A stretch of DNA of 64,000 nucleotides, taken from the NCBI GenBank assembly GCA_035415725.1, contig DAOOGN010000004.1, forward strand, positions 7,353 through 71,352, in the 5' to 3' direction. Each line of letters starts with the position of its first letter. Position 1 is the first letter of the stretch. This document shows, in pieces, positions 23,744-33,981 of the stretch. Source of the DNA: Anaerolineae bacterium (GTDB lineage: Bacteria; Chloroflexota; Anaerolineae; B4-G1; SLSP01). The notes below the pieces were generated by a model. That model made no database searches. It was given only the letters and a program-made list of their open reading frames with translations, and was not told where the DNA came from. The translations under genes and the position numbers were made by a program.

Positions 23744-24682
23744 TTATTCTATAGTGACCCCGCGTTCTTGCAAGAACGCCATCACCCCGGCGAAGGTGGG
23801 AATTCCGCCGCGCCCGCCAAGTTGGGTGCATTTGAGCGCCGCTACCGCCGTCGCGAAGAGAGCAATCTGCCGCAGATTCCAGCCGTGCAGCATGCCGACG
23901 AGGTATGCGCCGTGGAACACATCTCCCGCACCAGTAGTATCGATGACGTCCACGGGGAAGGCCGGCGTGTGAAACTGCTCCGTTGCGGTGATCGTGTAAC
24001 TGCCGTCGCTTCCCTCGGTTTGCACAAAGATGCGCGGTCCCATTTCCAAAATGGCAGCGCCGGCCTGCCCAATATCGTCCATGCCGGTCAGGCTACGTGC
24101 GAAGCCCGCGCCACTGATGAGCACATCGACATGGGGGATCAAACGGCACAGGTGCTCGCCGACGGGACCGTCGGTCTTGTGGCCGTCCAGCATCACCGTC
24201 TTGCCCGCGGCCTTCATCCATTGCGCCGCCTGGAGCGCCGCCAGGCTGTGGAAGCCGTCCAGGTGCAAGTAATCCGCCGACGTGATATATTGGCGATCCA
24301 ATTCCTCCGGGCGGATTGGCTCTTCACCCCAGCGCTGTATTCCCGAAAAGATGCGCTCGCCCGTCTCTTCATGGATGTTGACGATGACCACCTGGTCTTC
24401 CGGCGCGTCGCGGTAGACCATGCGGCTCAAATCGATGCCACACTCGCGCATCGAACGCAGCTTGAACTCGGCGGACACATCGTTGCCGGCGGTGCCGATG
24501 AAGCCCACACGCGCGCCCAATTTGGCCGCGGCTACCATCGCCGTCCCCACCGGCCCCCCGCCGTCAAAACCAAAGGCGCTGATCCGCGCCCCGCTTTTCC
24601 ACGTTGGCAACTCCTGGCAGCGGATCAGCACATCCAAAGTACACATCCCTAAGCCAATAATTTGTACGGCGTTCTCCATCAT
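23744..24682 (-). CDS. PfkB-family carbohydrate kinase
   Basis: GGGPVGTAMVAAAKLG, TEGSDGS, DTTGAGDVFHGA. Confidence 0.92.
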   Translation of the reverse strand: MMENAVQIIGLGMCTLDVLIRCQELPTWKSGARISAFGFDGGGPVGTAMVAAAKLGARVGFIGTAGNDVSAEFKLRSMRECGIDLSRMVYRDAPEDQVVIVNIHEETGERIFSGIQRWGEEPIRPEELDRQYITSADYLHLDGFHSLAALQAAQWMKAAGKTVMLDGHKTDGPVGEHLCRLIPHVDVLISGAGFARSLTGMDDIGQAGAAILEMGPRIFVQTEGSDGSYTITATEQFHTPAFPVDVIDTTGAGDVFHGAYLVGMLHGWNLRQIALFATAVAALKCTQLGGRGGIPTFAGVMAFLQERGVTIE

Positions 24683-24834
24683 TCTCCCTTGAAGATAGCC
24701 CCAGAGTTCACAGAGAAAAACACCAATTCTTTGTGTCCTGCGGGGTGAAAAGTTTACATTCAACTGTCGGCGAACCGCCCCCTTCATGATAAATTCCCCT
24801 GAAGATAAAGGGTCCAAAAATAGCATTTTACACT

Positions 24835-24862
24835 TTGACCTATCTTCACACTAGGTTATACT
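24835..24862 (+). promoter_or_regulatory. Putative sigma70 promoter for the pentapeptide-repeat gene
   Basis: TTGACC-N16-TATACT. Confidence 0.4.
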
Positions 24863-24956
24863 AGGGATGAATGAAAAATGTACCCAAATCAACCTGACGT
24901 CTACGCTGGCGCATTGCACAAACTCACATCAAACCGAATAAGGATATTTGGTTATA

Positions 24957-25976
24957 ATGACCCAGGCTTATTTTTATCACTATAGGCTAGGAATGCAAAA
25001 GCTTATCGCCACGCTGGGCAAAGATCACCCGCGCATTCATGAAGTGCGAGTCCTTCAACACCGGCTCACCGAGAATATAGCTCAAACGCTGGAACACGGC
25101 AGCACGCCGGCCCTCGATGACAGCCGAGAGCGGATTCTTGACAGTTGCGAGCGCCTGAGTCGTCTGTTGACCGGCGCGCCTTTCTACGAATTCTGTGGAT
25201 TGCCCGGCATGGCAGATTTATCCCCCGCGGCCCGTGATACGGCAAGGCTTTTGGCAGCCTATTTTACCCGTATGAACGACCTGTTGGTTTATCAGGGCTT
25301 GCGCACTGCCAACGCCGTCAGCGAAGTGCGCGGCATTGCCCGCGAACAGACACTCGCCATCTTACACAGCCTCGGTGACGACGGCACCGCCAAAGGGCAA
25401 GTGTTGCAATTTTTGTATGAGGCGGGTTTGATCACCGAAGGGCCGGCGGTCATGTTCTTGTCTGAAGCCGATCTGACGGGCATAAATCTCAAGGGAGCTT
25501 TCCTGGTCGAGGCACATCTGGCGGGAACGCATCTGGAACATGCCCATTTGGAGCACGCTCACCTGGAATGGGCCCATTTGGGTGAAGCCAATCTTACCGC
25601 AGCGTGCCTGGAGAAAGTGTTTCTGGTCGCCGCACATCTGAGCCGGACGAACTTGTCGCAAGCCGACTTACAAGAAGCCCACATGGTCAGCGCGAAACTG
25701 GCCGGGGCGAACCTGAGCGAGGCCAATCTCACCCGTGCACACCTCGAATGGAGTTTTATGGTGACGGCGAATTTGATGGGCGCCAGCCTGGTAGGTGCGC
25801 AACTGATGGGAAGTGAATTGCGCGGTGCCAACCTGGCCTATACCGATTTGAGCGGTGCAAATCTACAAGATACAAGTTTGACCTGGAGCCGCCTGCGAGA
25901 CGCAACTTACGACGAGATCACCCAATGGCCGGAGGGTTTCGACCCTGTTTCGTCCGGCGCAATCCTGAAACGGTGA
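24957..25976 (+). CDS. Pentapeptide-repeat protein with N-terminal helical modules
   Basis: A(N/H/D)L repeats over the C-terminal half; YFTRMNDLL...RGIAREQTL...KGQVLQFLYEAGLI linker domain. Confidence 0.85.
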   Translation: MTQAYFYHYRLGMQKLIATLGKDHPRIHEVRVLQHRLTENIAQTLEHGSTPALDDSRERILDSCERLSRLLTGAPFYEFCGLPGMADLSPAARDTARLLAAYFTRMNDLLVYQGLRTANAVSEVRGIAREQTLAILHSLGDDGTAKGQVLQFLYEAGLITEGPAVMFLSEADLTGINLKGAFLVEAHLAGTHLEHAHLEHAHLEWAHLGEANLTAACLEKVFLVAAHLSRTNLSQADLQEAHMVSAKLAGANLSEANLTRAHLEWSFMVTANLMGASLVGAQLMGSELRGANLAYTDLSGANLQDTSLTWSRLRDATYDEITQWPEGFDPVSSGAILKR

Positions 25977-25990
25977 TCTACGAAGACGAA

Positions 25991-28900
25991 TTACACCTCG
26001 CTCAAAGCGCGCTGAACGACATGCGCCAGAGTGTCCGTATCGAAAGGCTTGTGGACGACATCAAAGAAGCCAGATGTCTTCAACTCCCGTACACCGACTT
26101 GCATCGTGTAGCCGGTAATAGCCAGCACTTTGCAGGCCGTCGGCAGCCGCTTGAGTTCATGCAGCAGCGCCTCCCCGCCCATCTCCGGCATCACCAGATC
26201 GGTAATCACCAGCGCAATCTCCGGGGCAGCACGGAAGACGGTCAGCGCCTCGCGCCCATTCCCCGCCGTCAACACGTGATAGCCCAATTCGGTTAGTATA
26301 CTGCGCCCCGCTTCCCGCAGATGGGCGTCGTCTTCTACCAAGAGAATGGTCTCGCCGCGCCCCAACGGCGCCGTGACGGTCTCTTCCCTCACTGCCTCAC
26401 CTTCTACCGGCGTCGCCGGTAGATAGATGCGAAACGTCGTTCCTTCTCCCACCGCCGTCTCCACACCGATATAACCCTCGTGCTGGCGGACAATGCCATA
26501 GACCTGCGCCAGCCCCAAACCGGTTCCCCTCCCCCCTTCCTTCGTGGTGAAGAACGGCTCGAACAAGTGCATGCGCACGGCGTCGGTCATCCCGATCCCC
26601 GTATCCGCGACGCTCAAACAAATCCAGGTCGGATGGGCGACACGCTCCTCGATGGCCCGCGCCATTTCCGGCAACGGCGGCGGCATGCCAGGACGCAAGC
26701 AGAGGCTCTCCAGGCCGATGCGTAGTGTTCCGCCTGCCGGCATCGCGTCGCGGGCGTTGAGTGCCAGGTTGGTCAACACCTGCTGGATACGTCCCGGATC
26801 GGCCTCCACGATGAATTTGCCCGCTCCTACCTCCAGGGCGATGTGGATGTTTTCGGGGATGGTACGGCGGAGGATGGTGAACACCTCGCCGATAAAGACA
26901 GACAGGTCCAGGGGCTGGCGCTCGATCAGGGAACGACTGCTAAAATCGAGGATTTGTTGTACCAACTCGGTAGCCTTGCGTGCTTCGCCGACAATGGTTT
27001 CCAGGTTCGATATCAACGCCGCGGGGATGCCGGGCTTGCGCATCCCCAACTGTGCATACAGGATAATGGTCGTCAGCAGGTTGCGAAAATCGTGCGCGAT
27101 GCCGGCAGCCAGTTGGCCGATAGCGGCCAGACGTTCCTGACGGCGCAGACGCTCCTCCATCTCCTTGCGCTCGGTGATGTCGCGCACGATGGAGATCGCC
27201 AGGTCACGCTCGTCCACCTGCAACGGTGAGGTGGTCACTTCGACCGGAACACGTATGCCATCTTTGCGGATGTCAATGCCTTCAAAAGGCGCGCCGCGAT
27301 AGCGCGCCAGTTCGTTTTTGGTCACCTGCCCTACCATTCCCCGCTGCTCAGGCGCTTGTAAATCGGCGACCGTTAATTGCCGCAATTCCTCGTGGGTGTA
27401 ACCGAGCATATCGCAGGCCCGCCGGTTGGCATCGATGATGGTGTCTTGTTGTATATCCTCGATGAAGATAGCGTCGCTGGCCTGATCGAAAAGCGCGTGG
27501 AAATAGGCTTCGCTTTCTCGCAGGGCGGCCTCTATCTGCTCACGGGCGCGCAGTTCTTGCTGCACTTGTTGGTAGAGGTGTGCATTTTCCAGGGCGATAG
27601 CGGCGTGATAGGTGAAGAGATGCAACGTAGCCGCATGGTCAGGCGTGAAAAAGCCCGGCGTCGCACTGTCGATATTCAAAAAGCCGACGACTTCACCGCG
27701 CACGACGATGGGCGCCCCCACATACGATCGCAGCCATGCGACATCCGGTATATGGATCCAGCCGGGATAACATTCGGTATCAGGAATCACCAGCGGCTCA
27801 CCAGTTGCGGCCATTTGCCGCAGATTAACCATTTGTTGCACGTCGAAGACAGCATTGGCCGCATACGCCGCTGAACCCAAGCGCTCGTATCCATACGACC
27901 GCGCAATGGATGCCTGCTGCCGGGCATCCATGAGCATCACGTTGGCTGCATCTCCAGGAACCACACGGCTCACCTGCTCCAGAAGACGATCCAACACTTC
28001 ATCGGGGTTCAAGGAACGGCTAAACACCGCTGCGGCCTCGGCCAGCGCGCGCGATAAATCCCGTTCCCGCCGCAAATCGCTCTCCGATTGCAGTCGAGCT
28101 GTAATATCGCCATACGCCACGGCCACGCCATACCCTTCCAGCGGGATAGGGGCCGCCGTTACACTGATCCAGGTGGTAGTGCCATCATTTTTGACGAGGC
28201 CCATCTCAACATTCTCGACCAGCCGGTTTTCACGCAGCGCGCGCACACTGGCAAATTCATCTGCCGGCATGGAGGTGCCGTCCAGCCGGATCATCCGCCA
28301 TTCTGGGTCATCGACGGTGCGTTCACTTTGTTGCTGCAACGACAGGCCAAGCAATCGCTCGGAGGCGCGGTTGCCTTCAAGGATGTGTCCGTAATGGTCG
28401 GTGATGGTGATACCCAGGGGAAAGGATTCAAAAAGTACCCGATACTTCTCCAAGCTGACGCGCAACGCCGCTTCCGTGCGTTGGCGCTCGATCAATTGCC
28501 ACACGCCTTCCATCAACAAGGTCAATTGACGTACATCCGTGTCATCGTAGTCGCCTGACTTATTGGCGACACCGGCGACAATCACAATATGGTCCCCGGC
28601 GAAAACCGGGACGTTGAGGTGACTACGCAGTGCTATGTGTCCGGCCGGGTAGCCTTTCTTCCAGGGGTTAGGCGCGGTGTAGTTGTTCGTGATGATGGGA
28701 CGACGCTGACGTATTGCTTCACCCCACAGCCCTGTTGTTTCCAGCGGATAGATCAACGGTTTGTTGGCAATGGCACACTCTGCCATCGCCTGCTTCGACC
28801 AGGCATGCATCTTAAGCGTGGTTTCGTCTTCACTCACAAAGGCTAGGTATCCCACTTCGCTGCGGGTAAGGCGCACGGCTGCTTCCAACGCAAAGTCCGT

Positions 28901-29830
28901 GATCTCCTGCAGGGAGGCGTCGCGCATCTGGTTCAAGTGAAGCAAGGCTTCCATCCGTTCGGCATTAAGCTGCGCTGCTTCTTGCGCGCGCATTCGACCG
29001 GTCACGTCGCGGTATAGCCACAGATTGCCATGACGTTCACCGTCCATCGTGATCGGCACATAATCGCGCGCCCACACACGTCCATCGGCTAAGGTCAGAA
29101 CTTCGTCACGCACCGCCTGGTGTGTCGCCAGATGCGCGGTGATGCCTTGAACAAAGCCGTCGGGATCGCTGAACATGGATTTGGACATCTCGACGGCGGC
29201 GGCGTAATCCGTACCGATGATGAGGGAAGGAAAGGGGATGCCGAACAGGTTACAGTACGCTTGATTAGCATATACCACCCGGCGACTTTCGTCCTCGAAC
29301 AGTATCCCCCGCCGTAAGTTTTCAATCAACGCGGTGAGTTGGGCCACGTTTTCACGGAGGGCATACTCTGTCCGTGTCCGCTCGGTGACATCCACAAACA
29401 GGGCTGCCATCCTATTCGGCCTGGTCTGAAAAGCGTAGACCTGGAAGGCTCCGGCGATGTGCGCATCCTCATAGAGAACTTGACCCGTACTCCACGCCAT
29501 CCCTTCCGCGGCAGCCTGACGATAACGAGTGGGCACTTCGGTTTCTATCAACGCGGGGAAAGCTTCTTCGAGGGTCATTCCAATAAATTGTGCATGTTCT
29601 ATGCCGAGGATGTGGTCGGCGGCGGGGTTGGCACCGGCAAAAACCAGCCGCCCGTCGGGGTGTAAATCGTAGATGTGTATACCCATCGGCACATGGCGGA
29701 TAAGATCGGTGAGCCTGCTTTCAAGGTCTTGGGCCGCGACGCTCCGCGCCGCCTCGAGCCTGTCGACCTGCTGACGCAACGCCCGCACTTCGGCGAGCCA
29801 TGCCTCACGTGTTTTATCCTCATCAGTCAT
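25991..29830 (-). CDS. Hybrid sensor histidine kinase (multiple PAS, 2 GAF, HisKA, HATPase, REC)
   Basis: GQLAAGIAHDFRNLL, NLALNARDAMP, DTGIGM, FEPFFTTK..G.GTGLGL, C-terminal receiver (VEDD, TDLVMPEMGG, KPF). Confidence 0.95.
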   Translation of the reverse strand: MTDEDKTREAWLAEVRALRQQVDRLEAARSVAAQDLESRLTDLIRHVPMGIHIYDLHPDGRLVFAGANPAADHILGIEHAQFIGMTLEEAFPALIETEVPTRYRQAAAEGMAWSTGQVLYEDAHIAGAFQVYAFQTRPNRMAALFVDVTERTRTEYALRENVAQLTALIENLRRGILFEDESRRVVYANQAYCNLFGIPFPSLIIGTDYAAAVEMSKSMFSDPDGFVQGITAHLATHQAVRDEVLTLADGRVWARDYVPITMDGERHGNLWLYRDVTGRMRAQEAAQLNAERMEALLHLNQMRDASLQEITDFALEAAVRLTRSEVGYLAFVSEDETTLKMHAWSKQAMAECAIANKPLIYPLETTGLWGEAIRQRRPIITNNYTAPNPWKKGYPAGHIALRSHLNVPVFAGDHIVIVAGVANKSGDYDDTDVRQLTLLMEGVWQLIERQRTEAALRVSLEKYRVLFESFPLGITITDHYGHILEGNRASERLLGLSLQQQSERTVDDPEWRMIRLDGTSMPADEFASVRALRENRLVENVEMGLVKNDGTTTWISVTAAPIPLEGYGVAVAYGDITARLQSESDLRRERDLSRALAEAAAVFSRSLNPDEVLDRLLEQVSRVVPGDAANVMLMDARQQASIARSYGYERLGSAAYAANAVFDVQQMVNLRQMAATGEPLVIPDTECYPGWIHIPDVAWLRSYVGAPIVVRGEVVGFLNIDSATPGFFTPDHAATLHLFTYHAAIALENAHLYQQVQQELRAREQIEAALRESEAYFHALFDQASDAIFIEDIQQDTIIDANRRACDMLGYTHEELRQLTVADLQAPEQRGMVGQVTKNELARYRGAPFEGIDIRKDGIRVPVEVTTSPLQVDERDLAISIVRDITERKEMEERLRRQERLAAIGQLAAGIAHDFRNLLTTIILYAQLGMRKPGIPAALISNLETIVGEARKATELVQQILDFSSRSLIERQPLDLSVFIGEVFTILRRTIPENIHIALEVGAGKFIVEADPGRIQQVLTNLALNARDAMPAGGTLRIGLESLCLRPGMPPPLPEMARAIEERVAHPTWICLSVADTGIGMTDAVRMHLFEPFFTTKEGGRGTGLGLAQVYGIVRQHEGYIGVETAVGEGTTFRIYLPATPVEGEAVREETVTAPLGRGETILLVEDDAHLREAGRSILTELGYHVLTAGNGREALTVFRAAPEIALVITDLVMPEMGGEALLHELKRLPTACKVLAITGYTMQVGVRELKTSGFFDVVHKPFDTDTLAHVVQRALSEV

Positions 29831-29904
29831 TATGCACCTCCTAAAAACATCAGGAAGTTACACCCATGGTAAACTTTTAGTCTTGTGAACGTAGCAATTT
29901 TTTC

Positions 29905-29960
29905 AATGGCTTACCCCCTATCCCTCTTCCCTCTCCCCCGCGTTGGCGCGGGGGAGGAGG
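29905..29960. repeat. Family A-like palindromic fragment
   Basis: CCCCCTATCCCTCTTCCCTCTCCCCCGCG...CGCGGGGGAGGAGG. Confidence 0.5.
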
Positions 29961-29977
29961 AATCTCCTCACAGCACA

Positions 29978-30074
29978 CAAGCAGCGGAGGGTTTGTAGTG
30001 ACGCCTTCAGGCGTCTCTTAGGAGCTAAGAGCGGCTGAAGCCGCCACTACAAATGGAAATTGGCGTCAGTCCTA
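29978..30074 (+). mobile_element. 5'-truncated MITE family B copy
   Basis: Retains the GTAG-REP doublet and a degenerate right TIR (TGGCGTCAGTCCTA); left TIR missing. Confidence 0.75.
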
Positions 30075-30204
30075 AGCACTGGGTTAGTTGTATCATAGTC
30101 CAAGATAGTATTTTGTCGAGTGAACTTGGGAGATGGTTCATGGATCGGGGTTGCGTTCTCCCCTGCCTTCGCTATACTTATATAGGAGTGGCGCAGTTTT
30201 CTGT

Positions 30205-30285
30205 TCTCCACCGTGGAGGTCGCTGAGAACGCAGAGGAAACACAGGAAGACTCAGCGCTCTGGGCGCACTCTGTGGTAAACTCTC
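30205..30285. repeat. Family C imperfect palindrome
   Basis: ACCGTGGAG...GCTGAGAACGCAGAG...CTCAGCGCTCTG...CTCTGTGGT. Confidence 0.55.
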
Positions 30286-30391
30286 TTTCTGAAGCGCCCA
30301 CCGCGTAACGACTCACTTATACTCAACGCGCGATGCAGGTTACAGGTTCTCTAGGATTTGGCGTGGTGATGGAAAAACGGCTTTAGTTTTT

Positions 30392-30628
30392 GCCACGGAT
30401 GGCACGGATTGTGTACTCGTCAGGATGATATTGAACACAACAGCGTGGGATTTTTACTGCCGAGAGCGCCGGGTTCGCCGCGATGGATGCTATTTCTCGG
30501 CGTCCTCAGCGTGCTCAGCGGTGGAAACGAATTTAGCGGCGTGTCCAACATCTTGTTGACCAGTACAGGATGACACAGATTGCACCGATTTTTTATACTT
30601 TGCGTGTCAATCCGTGAAATCCGTGGCG
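30392..30628. repeat. Family D element (about 30413-30566) nested in a GCCACGGAT...ATCCGTGGC inverted pair
   Basis: D core also at about 50081-50165 and 63276-63425; ends GTACTCGTCA / TGACCAGTAC. Confidence 0.7.
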
Positions 30629-30698
30629 GGTTTCTTATTTCGACCCTACGCAATCCTGAAGAACCAGGTTACATCAAGCTTATGGGCGTGAGAAACGT

Positions 30699-31805
30699 AT
30701 GCAAACAGTGAAAGCTATGGCGCAACATTTTGTGAATACGACTGGGCCGATCACCAACATTCAGGAATATGGCGCCGGTAACATCCACCATACGTTCCTG
30801 GTTTCGCTCCACGGCGGACCGCCCTTCATCTTGCAACAAATCAATCAACGGGTTTTCAAGCAGCCGGAGTGGATCATGCGCAACATCCGTACCTTCACCG
30901 ATCACGTGCAGATGCGTCGGCAATCTGACCCACCGTCGGCGCGCCGTTGGGAGACGCCGCAGATTATCCCGACCAACGCGGGGTGCGATTACGTCATCGA
31001 CGCGCAGGGCGGATTCTGGCGCGCTCTTACCTTCATCGGCGGCGCGCGGACTTACGCGAAGATTCAGGATGTCCACCACGCGCGGGAAGTGGGCTATGCG
31101 CTCGGGCGCTTCCACCACCTCACCCGTGACCTGAACCCGGCGCGGTTGTATGATACGCTCGAAGGTTATCACCTCACCCCGCGTTATCTGGCGCATTACG
31201 ATGCCGTCGTCGCACGCGGAGAGTTCGCGGCAGATTCGGCGGACGTGGCCTACGGGATACGCTTCCTGGCCGACCGCCGCGACGCCATTCCGGTGTTGGA
31301 AGAAGCCCGCCAGCAAGGCCGATTGCACCTGCGTCCCACCCATGGCGATCCCAAAGTCGATAACGTCATGATCGATGACAACACCGGGCAGGCCGTGAGC
31401 ATCATCGACCTGGACACGGTGAAGCCGGGCCTGGTCCACTACGACATCGGGGACTGCTTGCGCTCCGGCTGCAATCCACCAGGCGAAGAGACGGAAGACA
31501 TCGACGCGGTATACTTCGAGATGGATCTCTGTCAGGCGATTTTGCAAGGGTATTTCCCCCTGGTACGCGATTTTTATACCGACGACGATTACGCCTATCT
31601 TTACGCGGCCATCCGCCTGCTCGCGTTGGAGCAAGGGCTGCGCTTCTTCACCGATTACCTCGAAGGAAACGTGTACTACAAAGTAAAACACGACAGGCAC
31701 AACCTTATCCGCGCTCTAGTCCAGTTCAAATTAGTCGTCAGTATCGAAGCGCAAGAAGCCGCTATTCGTGCTGTGATCGCCAACTGCCGTGCGGCGAGCG
31801 TATGA
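30699..31805 (+). CDS. Aminoglycoside phosphotransferase-fold kinase (N-acetylhexosamine 1-kinase-like)
   Basis: GAGNIHHTF, LQQINQRVF, HGDPKVDNV, IIDLDTVKPG, YDIGDCLRS. Confidence 0.82.
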   Translation: MQTVKAMAQHFVNTTGPITNIQEYGAGNIHHTFLVSLHGGPPFILQQINQRVFKQPEWIMRNIRTFTDHVQMRRQSDPPSARRWETPQIIPTNAGCDYVIDAQGGFWRALTFIGGARTYAKIQDVHHAREVGYALGRFHHLTRDLNPARLYDTLEGYHLTPRYLAHYDAVVARGEFAADSADVAYGIRFLADRRDAIPVLEEARQQGRLHLRPTHGDPKVDNVMIDDNTGQAVSIIDLDTVKPGLVHYDIGDCLRSGCNPPGEETEDIDAVYFEMDLCQAILQGYFPLVRDFYTDDDYAYLYAAIRLLALEQGLRFFTDYLEGNVYYKVKHDRHNLIRALVQFKLVVSIEAQEAAIRAVIANCRAASV

Positions 31806-31857
31806 CGAATAGCGAATGACGAATCACAAATCACACATTACGCATCACGAGGAGCCT

Positions 31858-33570
31858 ATGTCACGATATATGCGTTTAGCCTGGATAGCCATCCTGGTCT
31901 TGGCCGCAGTGCTGCGATTGTCGGCGCTGAATCACGTTCCCCTTGCCCCGGATGAAGCGACATCCGCCCTGGCCTCGTTGGAGGCGGCGGGGGCGCAGAC
32001 AACAGAGAGCGCCCTGCTGTTGGTGGGCAATGGCCTGCTGTTCCGCCTCTTCGGCGCCGGTGATGGACTGGCACGTTTTATCCCCGCCCTGGCCGGCATT
32101 GCCCTGGTCGGTTTGCCGTACTTTTGGCGGAAGCGTCTGGGAGACAGCGGCGCTTTGGTCGCTGCCGGGCTGTTGCTCTTTTCGCCATTAGCTCTCTTTG
32201 CCTCGCGGCATCTGGAAGGCACGACCCCCGGCGTCCTCGGCGCGTTGCTGATATTGACGGCGTTGATGGGCGACACCGCCGCCCATGCCGCTGGCCGCTT
32301 ATCGCCGCTGCTCATTACCGTCGGACTGGCCGTGGGGTTGACGGGTGGGCCGTCGTTCTACGATGTCCTGCTTCCGGGATTGTTGGCGTGGATGTTTTAT
32401 CGCTGGAACAGCGGCGCGCCGGTGTGGGCGGCCTTGCGTGGATGGGCGTTGCCGACGGTCGGCGGTCTGGCCGCAGCATTCTTGATTTCCAGCGGTTTGG
32501 GATGGCGCTGGAACGGCTGGAGTGGCGTCGCCGACGGTCTGACGGCGTGGCTCACCTCATGGCACGCCGGCCGGCAAGGACTCTCCGATGTCATCCTCCT
32601 GTTCTTGTACGAGCCGCTGACGTTGTTTCTCACCTTGATAGGCTTGATCGGCTCGATCCGCAAGACCGAGCCTTTCACGTTGGCTTTAGCCCTGTGGGGG
32701 GTCCTGGCATTGCTGCTGGTGAGTGTGCGACCCGGCGCGTCGTCGCTGGCTACCCTCGCCGCGGTGACGCCCCTGGCCCTGCTGGCAGGTTGCGGCGCGC
32801 AGCAAATCCTCGCCGCCGTCCCCCGTCCACAGGCCAAGTGGCTCTGGGGACATGCAGGGGTGAGTTTTATCTTCTGGCAGCCTGTCGGCTTGGCTATCGC
32901 AGGTCATGCCACCGACAGCCGGACGATGAGCTTTTTGGGCGTAGCCGGCAATATGAACCTGGTCTTCCTCCTCGGCGGTATAACGGTGGTGGCCTTGCAA
33001 ATTTTGATCGCGCTCTTGTTTTCGCTCTTGATTCCCCTACGGATGGTATGGCGCAGCGCGCTAGGGGGCATGGCCCTGGTAGGGCTGGTGACCCAGATCG
33101 GATTCGCCTGGGGACTGGCATTCGTGCGTCCTACCTCGCCGGCAGAACCGGCGATCATCGCCGCCGCCTCGCCAGACCTGTGGAATTTGCGCGATATGGC
33201 GGATGAGATGGCCGTGCGCCGTGGGCAACGCCGGGACGATTTCGAGATGACGCTCGTCACATCGGACAAGGGGACGACGGATGTCATCCGCTGGACCTTG
33301 CGTGATTTCTCACGTCTGACCCTCGTGGAATCCTGGCCGGCGGAGGCTACCGGTGTAGTCATCACGGCGCCGGACGCTCTCCCGCCCGCGGCGGATACGC
33401 GCGGCTGGATGGGCATGGCGTTCACGGCCACGACGCGCGGCGCACAAAGCGTGCCGCGCTGCCGGGGATTCGCCCCTCTGGAATGCAGTGATCTGGCGCG
33501 CTGGTACCTCTTCCGGCAGATACCAGAGGCACCTGCGCCGGAGCAAGTCGTTCTGTGGAACGTCCCCTAA
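31858..33570 (+). CDS. GT-C-like polytopic membrane protein (TIGR03663/Agl23-like)
   Basis: LRLSAL...PLAPDEA N-terminal motif, DGLARFIPALAG, SPLALFASR, LYEPL; GAGGAG RBS. Confidence 0.6.
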   Translation: MSRYMRLAWIAILVLAAVLRLSALNHVPLAPDEATSALASLEAAGAQTTESALLLVGNGLLFRLFGAGDGLARFIPALAGIALVGLPYFWRKRLGDSGALVAAGLLLFSPLALFASRHLEGTTPGVLGALLILTALMGDTAAHAAGRLSPLLITVGLAVGLTGGPSFYDVLLPGLLAWMFYRWNSGAPVWAALRGWALPTVGGLAAAFLISSGLGWRWNGWSGVADGLTAWLTSWHAGRQGLSDVILLFLYEPLTLFLTLIGLIGSIRKTEPFTLALALWGVLALLLVSVRPGASSLATLAAVTPLALLAGCGAQQILAAVPRPQAKWLWGHAGVSFIFWQPVGLAIAGHATDSRTMSFLGVAGNMNLVFLLGGITVVALQILIALLFSLLIPLRMVWRSALGGMALVGLVTQIGFAWGLAFVRPTSPAEPAIIAAASPDLWNLRDMADEMAVRRGQRRDDFEMTLVTSDKGTTDVIRWTLRDFSRLTLVESWPAEATGVVITAPDALPPAADTRGWMGMAFTATTRGAQSVPRCRGFAPLECSDLARWYLFRQIPEAPAPEQVVLWNVP

Positions 33571-33650
33571 TTCTGTTCCGGCCTCCTTGCTCTCCTGGTT
33601 GCTTCGTTTATAATGTCCCCATGGGGGTGAAAACCCAACAAGGGAGAGCT

Positions 33651-33950
33651 ATGACAGCTTATCGAAAAGCAAGTATTCGAGATTTGACCACGGCAGCCTA
33701 CGAGCTGGACGGGCAGTTTTTGCAGGGGATTGTGCAGCAGGATAAAGAGGGTGGCCGCTGGGAAGTGGGTAATACATCCATAGAAGCGTGGTTGTCACGC
33801 TACAATGGCGAGGAGGTGACGGTGATCATACTTCCGATGTCCGATGATCACCTTCTGCAAACCAAAGTTTGCACGACGTGCGGGCGAACGTATACCGACG
33901 TGGAATGTCCCCATTGCCGCGAAGTACGCATGCGCTTGCGCGGACGTTGA
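33651..33950 (+). CDS. Small hypothetical protein with C-terminal CxxC...CxxC zinc ribbon
   Basis: CTTCGRTYTDVECPHC; AGGGAG RBS. Confidence 0.65.
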   Translation: MTAYRKASIRDLTTAAYELDGQFLQGIVQQDKEGGRWEVGNTSIEAWLSRYNGEEVTVIILPMSDDHLLQTKVCTTCGRTYTDVECPHCREVRMRLRGR

Positions 33951-33981
33951 ACCTTGGCGCTAAGAGGGGAGGGCGGAAAGC

